From: Bacilli bacterium
Lineage (GTDB): Bacteria; Bacillota_I; Bacilli_A; RF39; UBA660
Direction of reading: 5' to 3'
NCBI GenBank assembly: GCA_017450205.1
Contig: JAFSVF010000009.1
Coordinates: 107,491-171,490, forward strand
Length of the DNA stretch: 64,000 bases
Position 1 is the stretch's first letter. The number at the start of each line of letters is the position of its first letter. The notes under the pieces were generated by a model. That model was not told the origin of the DNA and did no database searches. It was given only the letters and a program-made list of their open reading frames with translations. The position numbers and the translations under genes were made by a program. Shown here piece after piece: positions 30,147 to 40,754 of this stretch.

Positions 30147-31295
30147 TTGATTATTATGTATCGTAAAACATATGTTGAAATCGATTGTGAAGCTTTAGAA
30201 AATAATGTAAAAAATATAAGAGAAAATTATCCTGGATATAAGTATTATATTGGTGTTGTTAAAGCTAATGCTTATTCTCATGGATTTAACTCTATTAAAT
30301 ATATACTTAAAGGTGGAGTTAATTATTTAGCTACTTCATCACTAGAAGAAGCGCTTAAAGTAAGAAGCATGTATAAAGATACTCCAATACTTGTTTTAGA
30401 ACCAATTCATTATGATGATATTATTGTTGCTTCTAAGAATAATATTACTGTTACAATTGATAATAAGGTTTTGTTTGATGCATTACTAGAAAATAAAGTT
30501 AAAGTTAAATTTCATTTAAAAATTGATTCTGGAATGAATAGATTTGGAATTAAAGATAAAGAGATAGTTAAATATATAGTAGATAATTCTAATAAAGATC
30601 TTTACTTAGAAGGTATATTTACTCATCTTTCTACCGGTAGTGGTAGTGAATTTTTAAAAGAAAAGAATAGATTTGAAGAATTAACTAGTTTAATAGATTT
30701 ATCTAAGATTGATATTGTACATTTAGAAAGATCACTTACTATGCAACAACATGATAAGTTACCTTATGATAATGGATGTAGATTAGGTATATCAATGTAT
30801 GGATTTGCAATGACTAATTCTGCGCCTTCTTTAAAAAGGAAAATATATAATATATTAACTTTTAAGAAACCAAAGATAAGAAAAACAAAGTTAGATACTA
30901 GATTTACTTTTAAGTTCTTTACTGAAATAATAGAAGTTAAAGAAGTTAAAAAGGGTGAGATAGTAGGATATGCAGGAATGTATGATGCAAATGAGGATAT
31001 AAAGGTTGCAATACTTCCATATGGTTTTGCAGATTACTTATATGTTAATCCTAGTTTCGTGGTTATTAATGGAAAGAAATATAAAATATTAACTAATTAT
31101 ATGGATATTACTACAATACTTATTGATGATTCTGTAAGTGTTGGTGATACTGTAGAAATATTTGGAGATAAGATTAGTATTAGAGAAGCAGCAGCACTTG
31201 CTCATCAAAATCCATATAAAACTATGTGTAGTGTAACTAATAGGGTACCAAGAGTTTATGTGTATAAAGATGAAAAAGAAGTAATTGATTATTAA
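30147..31295 (+). CDS. alr: Alanine racemase family PLP enzyme (divergent)
   Basis: VVKANAYSHG PLP lysine, HLKIDSGMNRFG, EGIFTH, VGY, RVPRVY. Confidence 0.85.
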   Translation: MIIMYRKTYVEIDCEALENNVKNIRENYPGYKYYIGVVKANAYSHGFNSIKYILKGGVNYLATSSLEEALKVRSMYKDTPILVLEPIHYDDIIVASKNNITVTIDNKVLFDALLENKVKVKFHLKIDSGMNRFGIKDKEIVKYIVDNSNKDLYLEGIFTHLSTGSGSEFLKEKNRFEELTSLIDLSKIDIVHLERSLTMQQHDKLPYDNGCRLGISMYGFAMTNSAPSLKRKIYNILTFKKPKIRKTKLDTRFTFKFFTEIIEVKEVKKGEIVGYAGMYDANEDIKVAILPYGFADYLYVNPSFVVINGKKYKILTNYMDITTILIDDSVSVGDTVEIFGDKISIREAAALAHQNPYKTMCSVTNRVPRVYVYKDEKEVIDY

Positions 31296-32523
31296 GGGTG
31301 ATATTATGAAAGACTTTAGATGTTTAATTATTGGTAGTGATATAAATGCTTATTATTTAGCAAGATGCTATCATGAATATACTGGAAGAAAAGCAGACTT
31401 ACTTGCTACATTTCCGTTTTCTTATACAAAATATACTAAAATATTAGATATTAAATATATTAATAATTTATGGGATGAAAAAGTATTCTTAAATGAATTA
31501 GATAAGTATTATAAAGAACATAAAGATGAAAAAATATTACTTGTAAGTAGTAATGAAACTTATGGAGAGTTTATTGCTAAGAATCAAAATAGTTTAAAAA
31601 AGAAATTCTATTTTAGTTATCCAAGCGTTAAGTTACAACATACACTTGTTAATAAAGAAGATTTCTATAAGACTTATGAAAATTCTGTATTAGATTTACC
31701 TGATACATATTATTTTGACTGTTCTAAAGATACAGAGATAAAAAGAAAATTAACATATCCAGTTATTGTTAAACCTGCAAATGTAATTATGTTTAAACAT
31801 ATGGAATTTGAAGGTAAGAAAAAGATATATAGATTAAATTCTTTAGAAGAAGTAATGCATGTATGTGATCTATTTAAGAAGGGTGGGTATACTGATACAT
31901 TAATTATTCAAGAGTATATTCCTGGAGATGATTCATATCTTTTTGATGCAGTTGTTTATGTAGATAAGAATCATAAGACTAAACTTGTATCATTTGCACA
32001 AATTGGTTTACAAGAACATAATTCAAGAATGATTGGTAATGCTGCAGTTATTATTAACGGTTATTCAGAACATCCTGGTGTTAAAGAACAAATTGAAAAG
32101 ATTACTAAGTTTATGGATACAATTGGATACCAAGGTTTTGCTGAATTTGATATGAAATATGATGCAAGAAGTAAAAAGTATAAAGTAATGGAAATTAATG
32201 CTAGACAAGGAAGATGTTCTTATTATATAACTCCATGTGGATATAATTTAATCGAAGTGCTAGCAAGAGATTTAATTGAAAATGAAGAATTAGAATATAA
32301 AATTATTGATAAAGTTCAATTAGAAACTTTTGTATCTAAATCAATAGTTAAAAAATATGTTACTAATGAAAAATTTAAAAAGAAAGCTTTAAGTTTATGG
32401 AACAAGAGAGTAATGCCTCTTAATTATAAAAAAGATAATGGTTTATTAAGAAAATTATTACTTTTAAAAATTAAATTAAATTACATCAGAGATTACAAAA
32501 ATAGTAAATGGGACTGGAAGTGA
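31285..32523 (+). CDS. ATP-grasp carboxylate-amine ligase (D-aspartate ligase-like)
   Basis: IGSDINAY.LAR, YPVIVKPAN, IIQEYIPGDD, EFDMKYD.R, MEINARQGR. Confidence 0.85.
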   Translation: MIIKGDIMKDFRCLIIGSDINAYYLARCYHEYTGRKADLLATFPFSYTKYTKILDIKYINNLWDEKVFLNELDKYYKEHKDEKILLVSSNETYGEFIAKNQNSLKKKFYFSYPSVKLQHTLVNKEDFYKTYENSVLDLPDTYYFDCSKDTEIKRKLTYPVIVKPANVIMFKHMEFEGKKKIYRLNSLEEVMHVCDLFKKGGYTDTLIIQEYIPGDDSYLFDAVVYVDKNHKTKLVSFAQIGLQEHNSRMIGNAAVIINGYSEHPGVKEQIEKITKFMDTIGYQGFAEFDMKYDARSKKYKVMEINARQGRCSYYITPCGYNLIEVLARDLIENEELEYKIIDKVQLETFVSKSIVKKYVTNEKFKKKALSLWNKRVMPLNYKKDNGLLRKLLLLKIKLNYIRDYKNSKWDWK

Positions 32524-32527
32524 TAAT

Positions 32528-34360
32528 ATGTGTGGAATATGTGGTTTCGTAGGTGAAGATAAAAATAAAAAAGAAATTCTAAAAGAAATGGCTAATAGAA
32601 TTATTCATAGAGGGCCAGATAGTGAAGGTATATATGTTGATGGCAATTATGCTTTAGGTTTTAGAAGACTTTCTATCATAGATTTAAAAGGTGGAGATCA
32701 ACCACTATTTAATGAAGATAAAACTGTTGTGGTTAACTTTAATGGTGAAATATATAACTTTCAAGAATTAAGAAGTGAACTTGAAGAAAAAGGACATACT
32801 TTTGTTACAAAAACTGATACTGAAGTTATTGTTCATGGATATGAAGAATATGGAACTGATATCTTTAATAAATTAAGGGGTATGTTTGCAATTGTTATTT
32901 ATGATAAAAAGAAAGATATATTAGTTGGTGCTAGAGATATCTTTGGGATTAAACCATATTATTACTATAATCATGATGGATTATTTATATATGGTTCTGA
33001 GATTAAATCATTTTTATCTCATCCTAGATTTAAAAAAGAATTAAATAAAGAAGTATTAGGACTTTATATGTGTTATGGTACTAATCATAAAGAAGATACA
33101 TTCTTTAAATATACAAAGAAGTTAATGCCTGGACATTATTTTATTTATAAAGATGGTAAAGTAACAACTAAAGAATTTTATAAACTTGAATATCAAAAGA
33201 CTGAAGATTCTTATGAAGCATATGAAAAATTAGTTCAAGAAACTCTTGAAGATTCAGTTAAATATCATCAAATAAGTGATGTTGAAGTTGGATCTTATCT
33301 ATCTGGTGGAGTAGATTCATCTTATGTTGTTAGTGTTGCAAAACCTAATAAAACATTTACAGTTGGATTTGAAAGTAAAAAGTTTAGTGAAATAGATAAT
33401 GCTAAAGCTTTATCTGACCACTTTAATGTTAAACATTATAGTAAAGTAATTACTGGAGATGAGTTCTTTGATATTTTACCTACAGTTCAATATCATTGTG
33501 ATGAACCATCAGCTAATGTTTCAACAGTTCCACTTTATTTTTTAAGTAAACTTGCAAGAAGCCAAGTAAAGGTTGTTTTATCTGGCGAGGGTGCTGATGA
33601 AATGTTTGGTGGTTATAATGAATATAATTTAACTAAAGAAGAAAAAATGTATCTTAAACTTCCATTATTCTTAAGAAAGTTTAATGCATTTGTTGTTAAA
33701 CCATTACCACATTTTCCTGGTAAGAATACTTTAGTTAAATATGGACATGATATTAAAGATAGATATTATAATAAAACAGAAATGTTTTTATATGATGAAG
33801 TTAAAGATTATGTTAAAGAAGAATATTTATCTAAAGTAACTCCATATGATTTATGTAGACCATATCATGAAGAGTTAAAAACAAATAAAGATGAAGTTAT
33901 TAGAAGAATGAATATTGATTTACATTTTTGGCTTCCAAATGATATTTTATTAAAAGCTGATAAGATGTCTATGGCTAATAGTGTAGAGTTAAGGGTACCT
34001 TTCTTAGACAAGAAAGTATGGGAATTATCTAGTAAGATACCTACTAAATATATGGTTCATGATAATCAAACTAAATATATATTTAGAAAAGTAGCAGAAA
34101 AGTTTATTCCACTTGAATGGGCTAAACGTAAAAAGTTAGGTTTCCCAGTTCCTTTTGGTGATTATCTATTTGAAGATAAATATTATAATTATGTTAAAGA
34201 TTATTTTAATAAAGATTATGTAGATGAATTCTTTAAAAAAGATGTAATCAATAAGATGTTAGATGATCATCACTTTAAGAAACAAAGAAATGGTAAGAAG
34301 ATATATACTATTCTTACATTCTTAGTTTGGTATGATAGATTCTTTGTTCAAGAAGCATAA
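32528..34360 (+). CDS. asnB: Glutamine-hydrolysing asparagine synthase family amidotransferase (AsnB/AsnH-like)
   Basis: MCGICG, HRGPD, RRLSIID, NGEIYN, LSGGVDSS, LSGEGADE. Confidence 0.95.
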   Translation: MCGICGFVGEDKNKKEILKEMANRIIHRGPDSEGIYVDGNYALGFRRLSIIDLKGGDQPLFNEDKTVVVNFNGEIYNFQELRSELEEKGHTFVTKTDTEVIVHGYEEYGTDIFNKLRGMFAIVIYDKKKDILVGARDIFGIKPYYYYNHDGLFIYGSEIKSFLSHPRFKKELNKEVLGLYMCYGTNHKEDTFFKYTKKLMPGHYFIYKDGKVTTKEFYKLEYQKTEDSYEAYEKLVQETLEDSVKYHQISDVEVGSYLSGGVDSSYVVSVAKPNKTFTVGFESKKFSEIDNAKALSDHFNVKHYSKVITGDEFFDILPTVQYHCDEPSANVSTVPLYFLSKLARSQVKVVLSGEGADEMFGGYNEYNLTKEEKMYLKLPLFLRKFNAFVVKPLPHFPGKNTLVKYGHDIKDRYYNKTEMFLYDEVKDYVKEEYLSKVTPYDLCRPYHEELKTNKDEVIRRMNIDLHFWLPNDILLKADKMSMANSVELRVPFLDKKVWELSSKIPTKYMVHDNQTKYIFRKVAEKFIPLEWAKRKKLGFPVPFGDYLFEDKYYNYVKDYFNKDYVDEFFKKDVINKMLDDHHFKKQRNGKKIYTILTFLVWYDRFFVQEA

Positions 34361-34363
34361 ATT

Positions 34364-34387
34364 AAGTAGGATTATTCCTACTTTTTT
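34364..34387 (+). terminator. Intrinsic terminator
   Basis: AAGTAGGA-TTAT-TCCTACTT plus T tract. Confidence 0.8.
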
Positions 34388-34565
34388 GTTTGACTTATGA
34401 ATTTTAAGATGCTAGTATATTTTCTAATTAAAAGAGAGCTTATAAACTAATATTTTAGCATTTCAAACTTGTTATCAAGCTCTAAGTGATATAAAGGTAA
34501 GAAGTAAAAAATTACAAGCATAATATATTATTATGTTAAACTATATCTAGAAAGAGGAAGATTAA

Positions 34566-35207
34566 ATGATATTTTTTAAGAAAAAGAAAAAAGAAGAAGT
34601 AGTTGCTGAAAATAAGAAACAAGAAGAAAATATTAATACTAATGTAGTTGAGTTTAAAGAAAAAACTGATAGTGATTATTTGGATGATATAATTAATGCT
34701 GAAACTATAGAAGAATATATGGAAGCTTTTCGAAAAAGAGAAGAATATTGGCAAAAAAGAACTCAAAAAATAATTGATGAAATGAATAGACAAGTTTCAG
34801 GGAAACCTCTTAAAAATAATAATGGTGTTAAAGGAAAAGCTTTTTTAGAGGTAAGAAGTTGTATTAATGATACTTGTAGTGCATATGATCCTTTTGGATT
34901 ATGTAATGTCATGGAATGTTTAAAGTGTGAAAATGCTTATTATAAAATTACTTTGGAAGATGGTTCTATAGTTAGTAATAATGAAGAAGCATTTGAAAAC
35001 ACAAATATTAAAGTAGGTTTTAAAGAAGATGATCATAATATTTTATTTTATGATTATGTTCCAACTAAAGATGAATTACTTGATTATTTAGATGATAAAA
35101 AATCTCAATATCGTGTAGTTAGATTATTTGATAATATGGTTATGAATGATTATGTTGGAGAATTTAATAGAGATTATAAAGAAAGAAAGTTAGTGAAATT
35201 TAAATAA
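34566..35207 (+). CDS. Hypothetical protein with a five-Cys cluster
   Basis: CINDTC...LCNVMECLKC; RBS GAGGA; downstream terminator. Confidence 0.6.
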   Translation: MIFFKKKKKEEVVAENKKQEENINTNVVEFKEKTDSDYLDDIINAETIEEYMEAFRKREEYWQKRTQKIIDEMNRQVSGKPLKNNNGVKGKAFLEVRSCINDTCSAYDPFGLCNVMECLKCENAYYKITLEDGSIVSNNEEAFENTNIKVGFKEDDHNILFYDYVPTKDELLDYLDDKKSQYRVVRLFDNMVMNDYVGEFNRDYKERKLVKFK

Positions 35208-35289
35208 CATCTTTAATAAAAGATGTTTTTTTTGTTATAAAAATCTATTATGTTATAATTAATTTATGAAATAATTGAGCGAGATAATA

Positions 35290-35976
35290 ATGAAATATAT
35301 TTTTATGTTAAATTCTTTTAGTAACAGAGATGTTTTAAAAACATATGAAAAGATTAATGAGATTTCTAAATATTTAGGAATAGATTATTTGATTGAAGTT
35401 AATAGTAAATTTGAATTTACGGAAGAAATATTAAATAGATATAAGTATTCTAATGATATTATTGTTCCAGTTGGTGGAGATGGGATGATCAATCGTGTTT
35501 TAAATGGAATAATAGATACTGATAATTTATTAAGCTATCTTCCCAATGGAACAGGTAATGATTTTAATAGAACAGTTAAAGAAACACTTAGCCCTGGTAG
35601 TAACAAGATAGATGTAGTAAGAATTAATGATAAATATTTTATGAATGTTGCTTGTTTTGGAATTGATGCTGATTATAGTTTATTTAAATATGGTGGAAAA
35701 GTTTATATTGACGGTAAAGAAATAAGTGACTATTCAAGTAAAAGTGGAAGTACTATTATTTCTTTAAATAAAAATTATCTTTCAAAATTAGATTATGGTG
35801 TTCATACTATGAGAGTTACTTTTAATAATGGTAACTATGCTGAAACTAATTTTACAGTCTTAAAAGAAGGTTCTAAAAAGAATCCTCGTACAGGTGATTA
35901 TTTATCATTTTATATAGTTTTACTAGTGATTTCTATAATAAGCTTATGGTTATTAAAAGTTTTTAGAAAAGATTAA
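35290..35976 (+). pseudogene. Chimeric ORF: N-terminal half of a diacylglycerol-kinase-family protein fused to the C-terminus of a surface protein
   Basis: VGGDG, LPNGTGNDF, FMNVACFGIDA, then an abrupt switch to YSLFKYGGKVYIDG..SGSTIISL.. and NPRTGD + TM. Confidence 0.7.
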
Positions 35977-36058
35977 TCTAATTTAAATTTAAAATTTTTA
36001 TTATTTAAGATATGAAGATGGTTATCCCATCTTTTTATCATGTTATAATAATTAAAGG

Positions 36059-36754
36059 GTGAGTATAAATATGGAAAATGAAATTTTTAAAAAATGTAAA
36101 CCTAATTTTAAAAAGATTGAAGAATATGGTTTTGAAAGAAAAAATAATTATTATATTTTTGAAAAATATTTTCTTGATAATGATTTTAAAGCAATTATTA
36201 CAATCAATGAAGATGGTTTGGTAAGAGGTGAAGTCATTGATTTACAATTTGATGAAGAATATAAAAATATAAAAACTGAAATGAATGGTAAGTTTGTTAA
36301 TAAAGTTAGAAATATATATTTAGATATTTTAAATGATATTAAAAAGAATTGTTTTGATGAAAGTTATTTTATTTTTGATCAAACAAATAGAGTTAATAAG
36401 TATATTAAAAAAAGATATAACTGTGAACCTGAATTTTTATGGAAAAAATTTCCAAAATATGCTGTTTATAGAAATAAGAAGAACAATAAGTGGTTTGGAA
36501 TTATTATGAATTTAGAATTATCTAAATTAGAAAAAGGTAGTGGTGAAGTAGAAATTATTAATATTAAATTAAATAGGGATAAAGTTAAGAAATTACTGAG
36601 TAAAAAAGGTTTTTTTGAAGCTTATCATATGAACAAAGTTGATTGGATATCGATAATTTTAAATGATACATTAAATGATGAAGAAATATTTTTACTAATA
36701 GATGAGTCTTATAATTTAGTAGATTATGATATAATTTCTATAGAAAGAGTGTGA
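36059..36754 (+). CDS. MmcQ/YjbR family protein
   Basis: PEFLWKKFP..AVYR...KWFGII, AYHMNK..WISI. Confidence 0.9.
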   Translation: MSINMENEIFKKCKPNFKKIEEYGFERKNNYYIFEKYFLDNDFKAIITINEDGLVRGEVIDLQFDEEYKNIKTEMNGKFVNKVRNIYLDILNDIKKNCFDESYFIFDQTNRVNKYIKKRYNCEPEFLWKKFPKYAVYRNKKNNKWFGIIMNLELSKLEKGSGEVEIINIKLNRDKVKKLLSKKGFFEAYHMNKVDWISIILNDTLNDEEIFLLIDESYNLVDYDIISIERV

Positions 36755-37620
36755 TTTTTTTGAAAAAAATATTTGGTGGAATTAATTTAACTTGGTTTAA
36801 ACTAATAGTAATGGCAATAATTGCTGGAGTTTATACTGCTTTAATGGCTATGCTTCCAATAGTTAAAGATACTTCTTTTAGTGATTTGACTGTTACTTTT
36901 GAAGTATGGATTTTTTTAGGAATATTTATAATTATGAATAGTAAATCTCCAATAGATTCTGCATTAAAATGTTTTATATTCTTCTTAATTAGTCAACCAT
37001 TAGTATATTTGGTACAAGACGTAGTTAATCATAGTAATTTATTTAATACTTATTATAGATTTTGGTTTCTATGGACGATAGCTTGTATTCCTATGGGTTT
37101 TATTGGATATTACATGAAAAAGGATAAATGGTGGGGATTATTGATTCTTATTCCTATGTTATTATTAACTGGAGAAATGTGTGCTGGTTATTTGTCTGAT
37201 ACAATGTTTTCTTTTCCAAGACATCTTTTAACTACTATTTTTTGTATGGGTGTATTAATAATCTATCCATTAGCTATATTTAATAATAAAAAAATAAAAA
37301 TTACTGGGGTAGTAATAAGTGGATTATTGATTATTTCAATATTTGTTGCATGTATAATCAATCCTCCTGTTTATAGTACTGATATATTATATAATGGAGA
37401 TAATTATCATTTTGATGATTCATATAAAGTTTATTTAATTGATAAAAAATATGGAGATTTAAGTGTTAAATATGAGCCAGGAATAGAAGATTGGTTAATT
37501 CATGCTGATTTTAAAAAAGCCGGGAAAACTGAAATTATATTAGAGTCTTCAGAGGGGGAAAAAATAGTATTTGATATTACAATTAAGAGAAACACGTATT
37601 CTATAAAAGAAAGAAAATAA
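36751..37620 (+). CDS. Membrane protein of unknown function
   Basis: About 7 TMs plus a soluble C-terminal domain; overlaps the previous stop. Confidence 0.7.
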   Translation: MIFLKKIFGGINLTWFKLIVMAIIAGVYTALMAMLPIVKDTSFSDLTVTFEVWIFLGIFIIMNSKSPIDSALKCFIFFLISQPLVYLVQDVVNHSNLFNTYYRFWFLWTIACIPMGFIGYYMKKDKWWGLLILIPMLLLTGEMCAGYLSDTMFSFPRHLLTTIFCMGVLIIYPLAIFNNKKIKITGVVISGLLIISIFVACIINPPVYSTDILYNGDNYHFDDSYKVYLIDKKYGDLSVKYEPGIEDWLIHADFKKAGKTEIILESSEGEKIVFDITIKRNTYSIKERK

Positions 37621-37814
37621 TGAATAAAGCAGGTTTTGGTAAATTAAAGAGTGAATGGTGGCATTTTCAAGATATATATGATGAAAATAAAAACAAATTA
37701 ACACTAGGTGGTAAAGAAGCTCCTATATTTACATTTGAAATTCAGAAACAGAAAACTACATTAAAGTTCTTTTTTGTTTCTTTTTTTTATTGTACAATTA
37801 TGGTAGGAGAGTAG
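37620..37814 (+). pseudogene. C-terminal fragment of an M15 D-Ala-D-Ala peptidase
   Basis: MNKAGF..L.SEWWHFQD motif only; the rest of the domain is missing. Confidence 0.55.
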
Positions 37815-37820
37815 ATTTAT

Positions 37821-39707
37821 ATGAAAAAAATTAAGACGTTTTTTAAAAAAATAAAAGATAAGATTAAAGGTTTTACTTTAGTTGAGTTATTAGCTGTAAT
37901 TGTAATCCTAGCAATTATTATGCTTATAGCTATTCCAGCTGTATTAAATACACTTCAATCTGCAAGAAAAAAAGCTTTTGTAGAATATACAGATAAAATA
38001 GTTGGTCTTTCAGAACAAAAATACTTAGAAGGTGTTATGACAGGTGAAGCAAGTTATACTTGTTATATATATAATATAAAAACCGATTTAGGACTTAGTA
38101 ATACAGGTGAATATAATGGATATGTTTTAGTTGCACCTACTGAAGATGATAATTATCAATATTGGGTTTTATTATATGATGATAATTACTTTTTAGATGT
38201 AATTGAATATAAAGAATTTCAAACTGATACTGTAGCTAAATTAGTCAATGCACCATCTCAAACGAGTAAATTTGATATGAATTATTTTGCTAAAACTTTA
38301 AAAGAAAAAGGTGTTAATTGTAGTTCTTTTGAATATAATGGTGGTTCAATTGAACCTTCTGATAATATAGATGGTGACAATGAAGGAACAGATTGTGCAG
38401 GACAAACAGTTCATAATTCAGTACCAAAGAGTGCAACTGGTTTATATAAACTAATTGCAGAACAAGCATATATGGATAATGTTAAATCTGAACATGTGGC
38501 ATTCTGTGATGGTATTAAAATAACTGAAGGAAGTGAGGGTTATTTTAAAAACGAAGAAACTAATTCATGGGAATATTTAGAAAATGGTATTGGTGTTTAT
38601 GAGGTTGCTAGTACTAAAGATAACAAGTATCCAATATATTATTTTAGAGGTGATGACATAGATAATAATTATGTTACTTTTGCTAACAAGTGTTGGAGAA
38701 TTGTTAAGACAACTTCAACTGGTGGTATAAAGATTGTTTATAATGGTAATACATGTGACGCTACTGGTAAAAACCTTGGAATTGGGTATCAAGGTTATGA
38801 TACTGGTTATATGAATATTCCAAGTAATTTATATATGCATGGTCCAGTTACTCCTAGAAATAGTTTGAAAACAGCAAATGGAACTGAATATTTATATGGT
38901 CGTGATTTTACATATAGTAATGGTGAATATACTTTAGTTGATACTATATCTTTACCTTATAAAGAAGATATTAGATCAGAGCTTTCAACTCATCATTATA
39001 CTTGTTTAAATACAACAGGAAAGTGTACAACAATTAATTGGGTATACAATATCTATGGTCAAGGATTAGAGTATTATATGATGACTGACGGAAAATCATT
39101 TGATGATGCGTTAAACGAAATGGTATATAGTAATTCTGTTTCTTCTTTAGCAAAACAAACAATTGATAAATGGTATGAAGATAATTTAATAAGTTATGCT
39201 TCTTATATTGAAGATACTCCTTATTGTGAATTTAAAAAATTACAATCATTTGATGCAAAGACAGCGGATATTTCTAGCTATGGAAAGTTCAAGTTATATT
39301 ATGAGTCATATGGTTCTACTGGTAGAAGTTTTAATAATGGTGTTTGTGAGAAACAATATGCTTATACTGTTTCTTCAAGCATTGGTAATGGTGCTTTAAA
39401 ATATCCAATTGCGATATTAAATTCAGATGATCTATTTTATACTGGTGAAGAAGATGGATATTCATTCTTAGATGCTCCTGCTTCATGGGTAATGAATCCA
39501 AAGTTCTTTACGCTTATTTCTACTGACGATGGTGGAAGAGGTGCATTTATGGAAAGTACTAATTACTGGGATGGCGGAGGATTTGAATATTGTGGTGGTG
39601 ATGAAGCCGGCTGCGATAATAATATAAGACCTGCTATTTCCTTAAAACCTGGTACTGATGTTTCTGGTGGAGATGGAACAAAGTCAAATCCTTATGTAAT
39701 AAGATAG
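37821..39707 (+). CDS. Prepilin-type protein with a large C-terminal adhesin-like domain
   Basis: KG|FTLVELLAVIVILAIIMLIAIP; YYFRG...NNYV.FA..CWRIV; IRPAISL...GDGT.SNPY. Confidence 0.85.
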   Translation: MKKIKTFFKKIKDKIKGFTLVELLAVIVILAIIMLIAIPAVLNTLQSARKKAFVEYTDKIVGLSEQKYLEGVMTGEASYTCYIYNIKTDLGLSNTGEYNGYVLVAPTEDDNYQYWVLLYDDNYFLDVIEYKEFQTDTVAKLVNAPSQTSKFDMNYFAKTLKEKGVNCSSFEYNGGSIEPSDNIDGDNEGTDCAGQTVHNSVPKSATGLYKLIAEQAYMDNVKSEHVAFCDGIKITEGSEGYFKNEETNSWEYLENGIGVYEVASTKDNKYPIYYFRGDDIDNNYVTFANKCWRIVKTTSTGGIKIVYNGNTCDATGKNLGIGYQGYDTGYMNIPSNLYMHGPVTPRNSLKTANGTEYLYGRDFTYSNGEYTLVDTISLPYKEDIRSELSTHHYTCLNTTGKCTTINWVYNIYGQGLEYYMMTDGKSFDDALNEMVYSNSVSSLAKQTIDKWYEDNLISYASYIEDTPYCEFKKLQSFDAKTADISSYGKFKLYYESYGSTGRSFNNGVCEKQYAYTVSSSIGNGALKYPIAILNSDDLFYTGEEDGYSFLDAPASWVMNPKFFTLISTDDGGRGAFMESTNYWDGGGFEYCGGDEAGCDNNIRPAISLKPGTDVSGGDGTKSNPYVIR

Positions 39708-39725
39708 CTTTTGCTATCTTTTTTT
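39702..39725 (+). terminator. Intrinsic terminator
   Basis: AGATAGC-TTTT-GCTATCT plus T tract. Confidence 0.8.
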
Positions 39726-39794
39726 GTATATATGAATTATCTGTTTTTAAATAAATATGAGTTATAATTATTTAGTAAGGAGAATGTTTAGTAT

Positions 39795-40696
39795 ATGAAT
39801 AAAGTATTGAGTATTATTAAAGACTTAAATCCTTTTAGTAATAAAAGAATAGATAATAAAATAATTTATACGTTAAAAATATTATTGTCTGCATTTGTGG
39901 TGTATTTTGCTAGTTTAATTATTGCAGAAGGGATTATTATAGGCGGTTCATATTTATTTGGATACAATGCTACTGACAAACAAATGCCTTATGATATTAT
40001 GCTATTATGTACATTTTATGGTTATTTAATTACTATATTATTATTTATATTATTTGCTAAAAAAATAAATAAAATTGAATTAAATAAAATTGGATTAGAT
40101 AAAAATTTTAAAACTTTTTTAAAGGAATATTAATTGGAATGGTATCATTATCATTAATAATAATTTCATTATTAATGATTGGTGCAATTAGATTTAATGG
40201 AATAAACAATAATATTGATTGGTTGTTTTTGGTATTATATTTATTTGGATATTTAATTCAAAGTTTTATGGAAGAGTTAATATGTAGAGGATATTTATTA
40301 CATAGATTAAAAGAAAGAATACCTCTTGTATTAGCTATTATTATAAGTATATTATTCTTTTCAATAGGACATTTTAATAAGATGTTTGTTGATGGTACAT
40401 TGATAGGCGTTATAGGAATAATAAATCTATTATTAATTAGTTTAATATTTGTTGTCATTACATTAAAAAACAAAAATATTTATGGGGCAATAGGTTTTCA
40501 TTTTATATGGAATTTTGCATTATTTAGTATTATAGGTTTAAATCTAAGCGGACTTGAAATTACCAATCCTATTTTTCAAATAGAAGTGGCTAATAAATTC
40601 TTAACTGGATATAGTTATGGAATTGAGTCAAGTTTTATAACAACTATTATACTTATAATTATATTATTATTAACAAAGATAAATGTAAGAATATAA
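39795..40696 (+). pseudogene. CPBP (CAAX/Abi) intramembrane metalloprotease split by a 1-nt frameshift near 40120
   Basis: ORFs 39795-40133 and 40139-40696 join as KTFLKGILIGMV if one A is added; EELICRGY, FSIGH and HFIWN motifs. Confidence 0.8.
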
Positions 40697-40754
40697 TGAT
40701 CGGAAGATTAAGATATTATGATTAGCTATATAGCAAGGGGACTTTAATTAATAT

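Noticed and set aside
39196-39399. 67 aa + strand ORF
   Set aside because: Alternate frame inside the pilin-like gene with no independent evidence.
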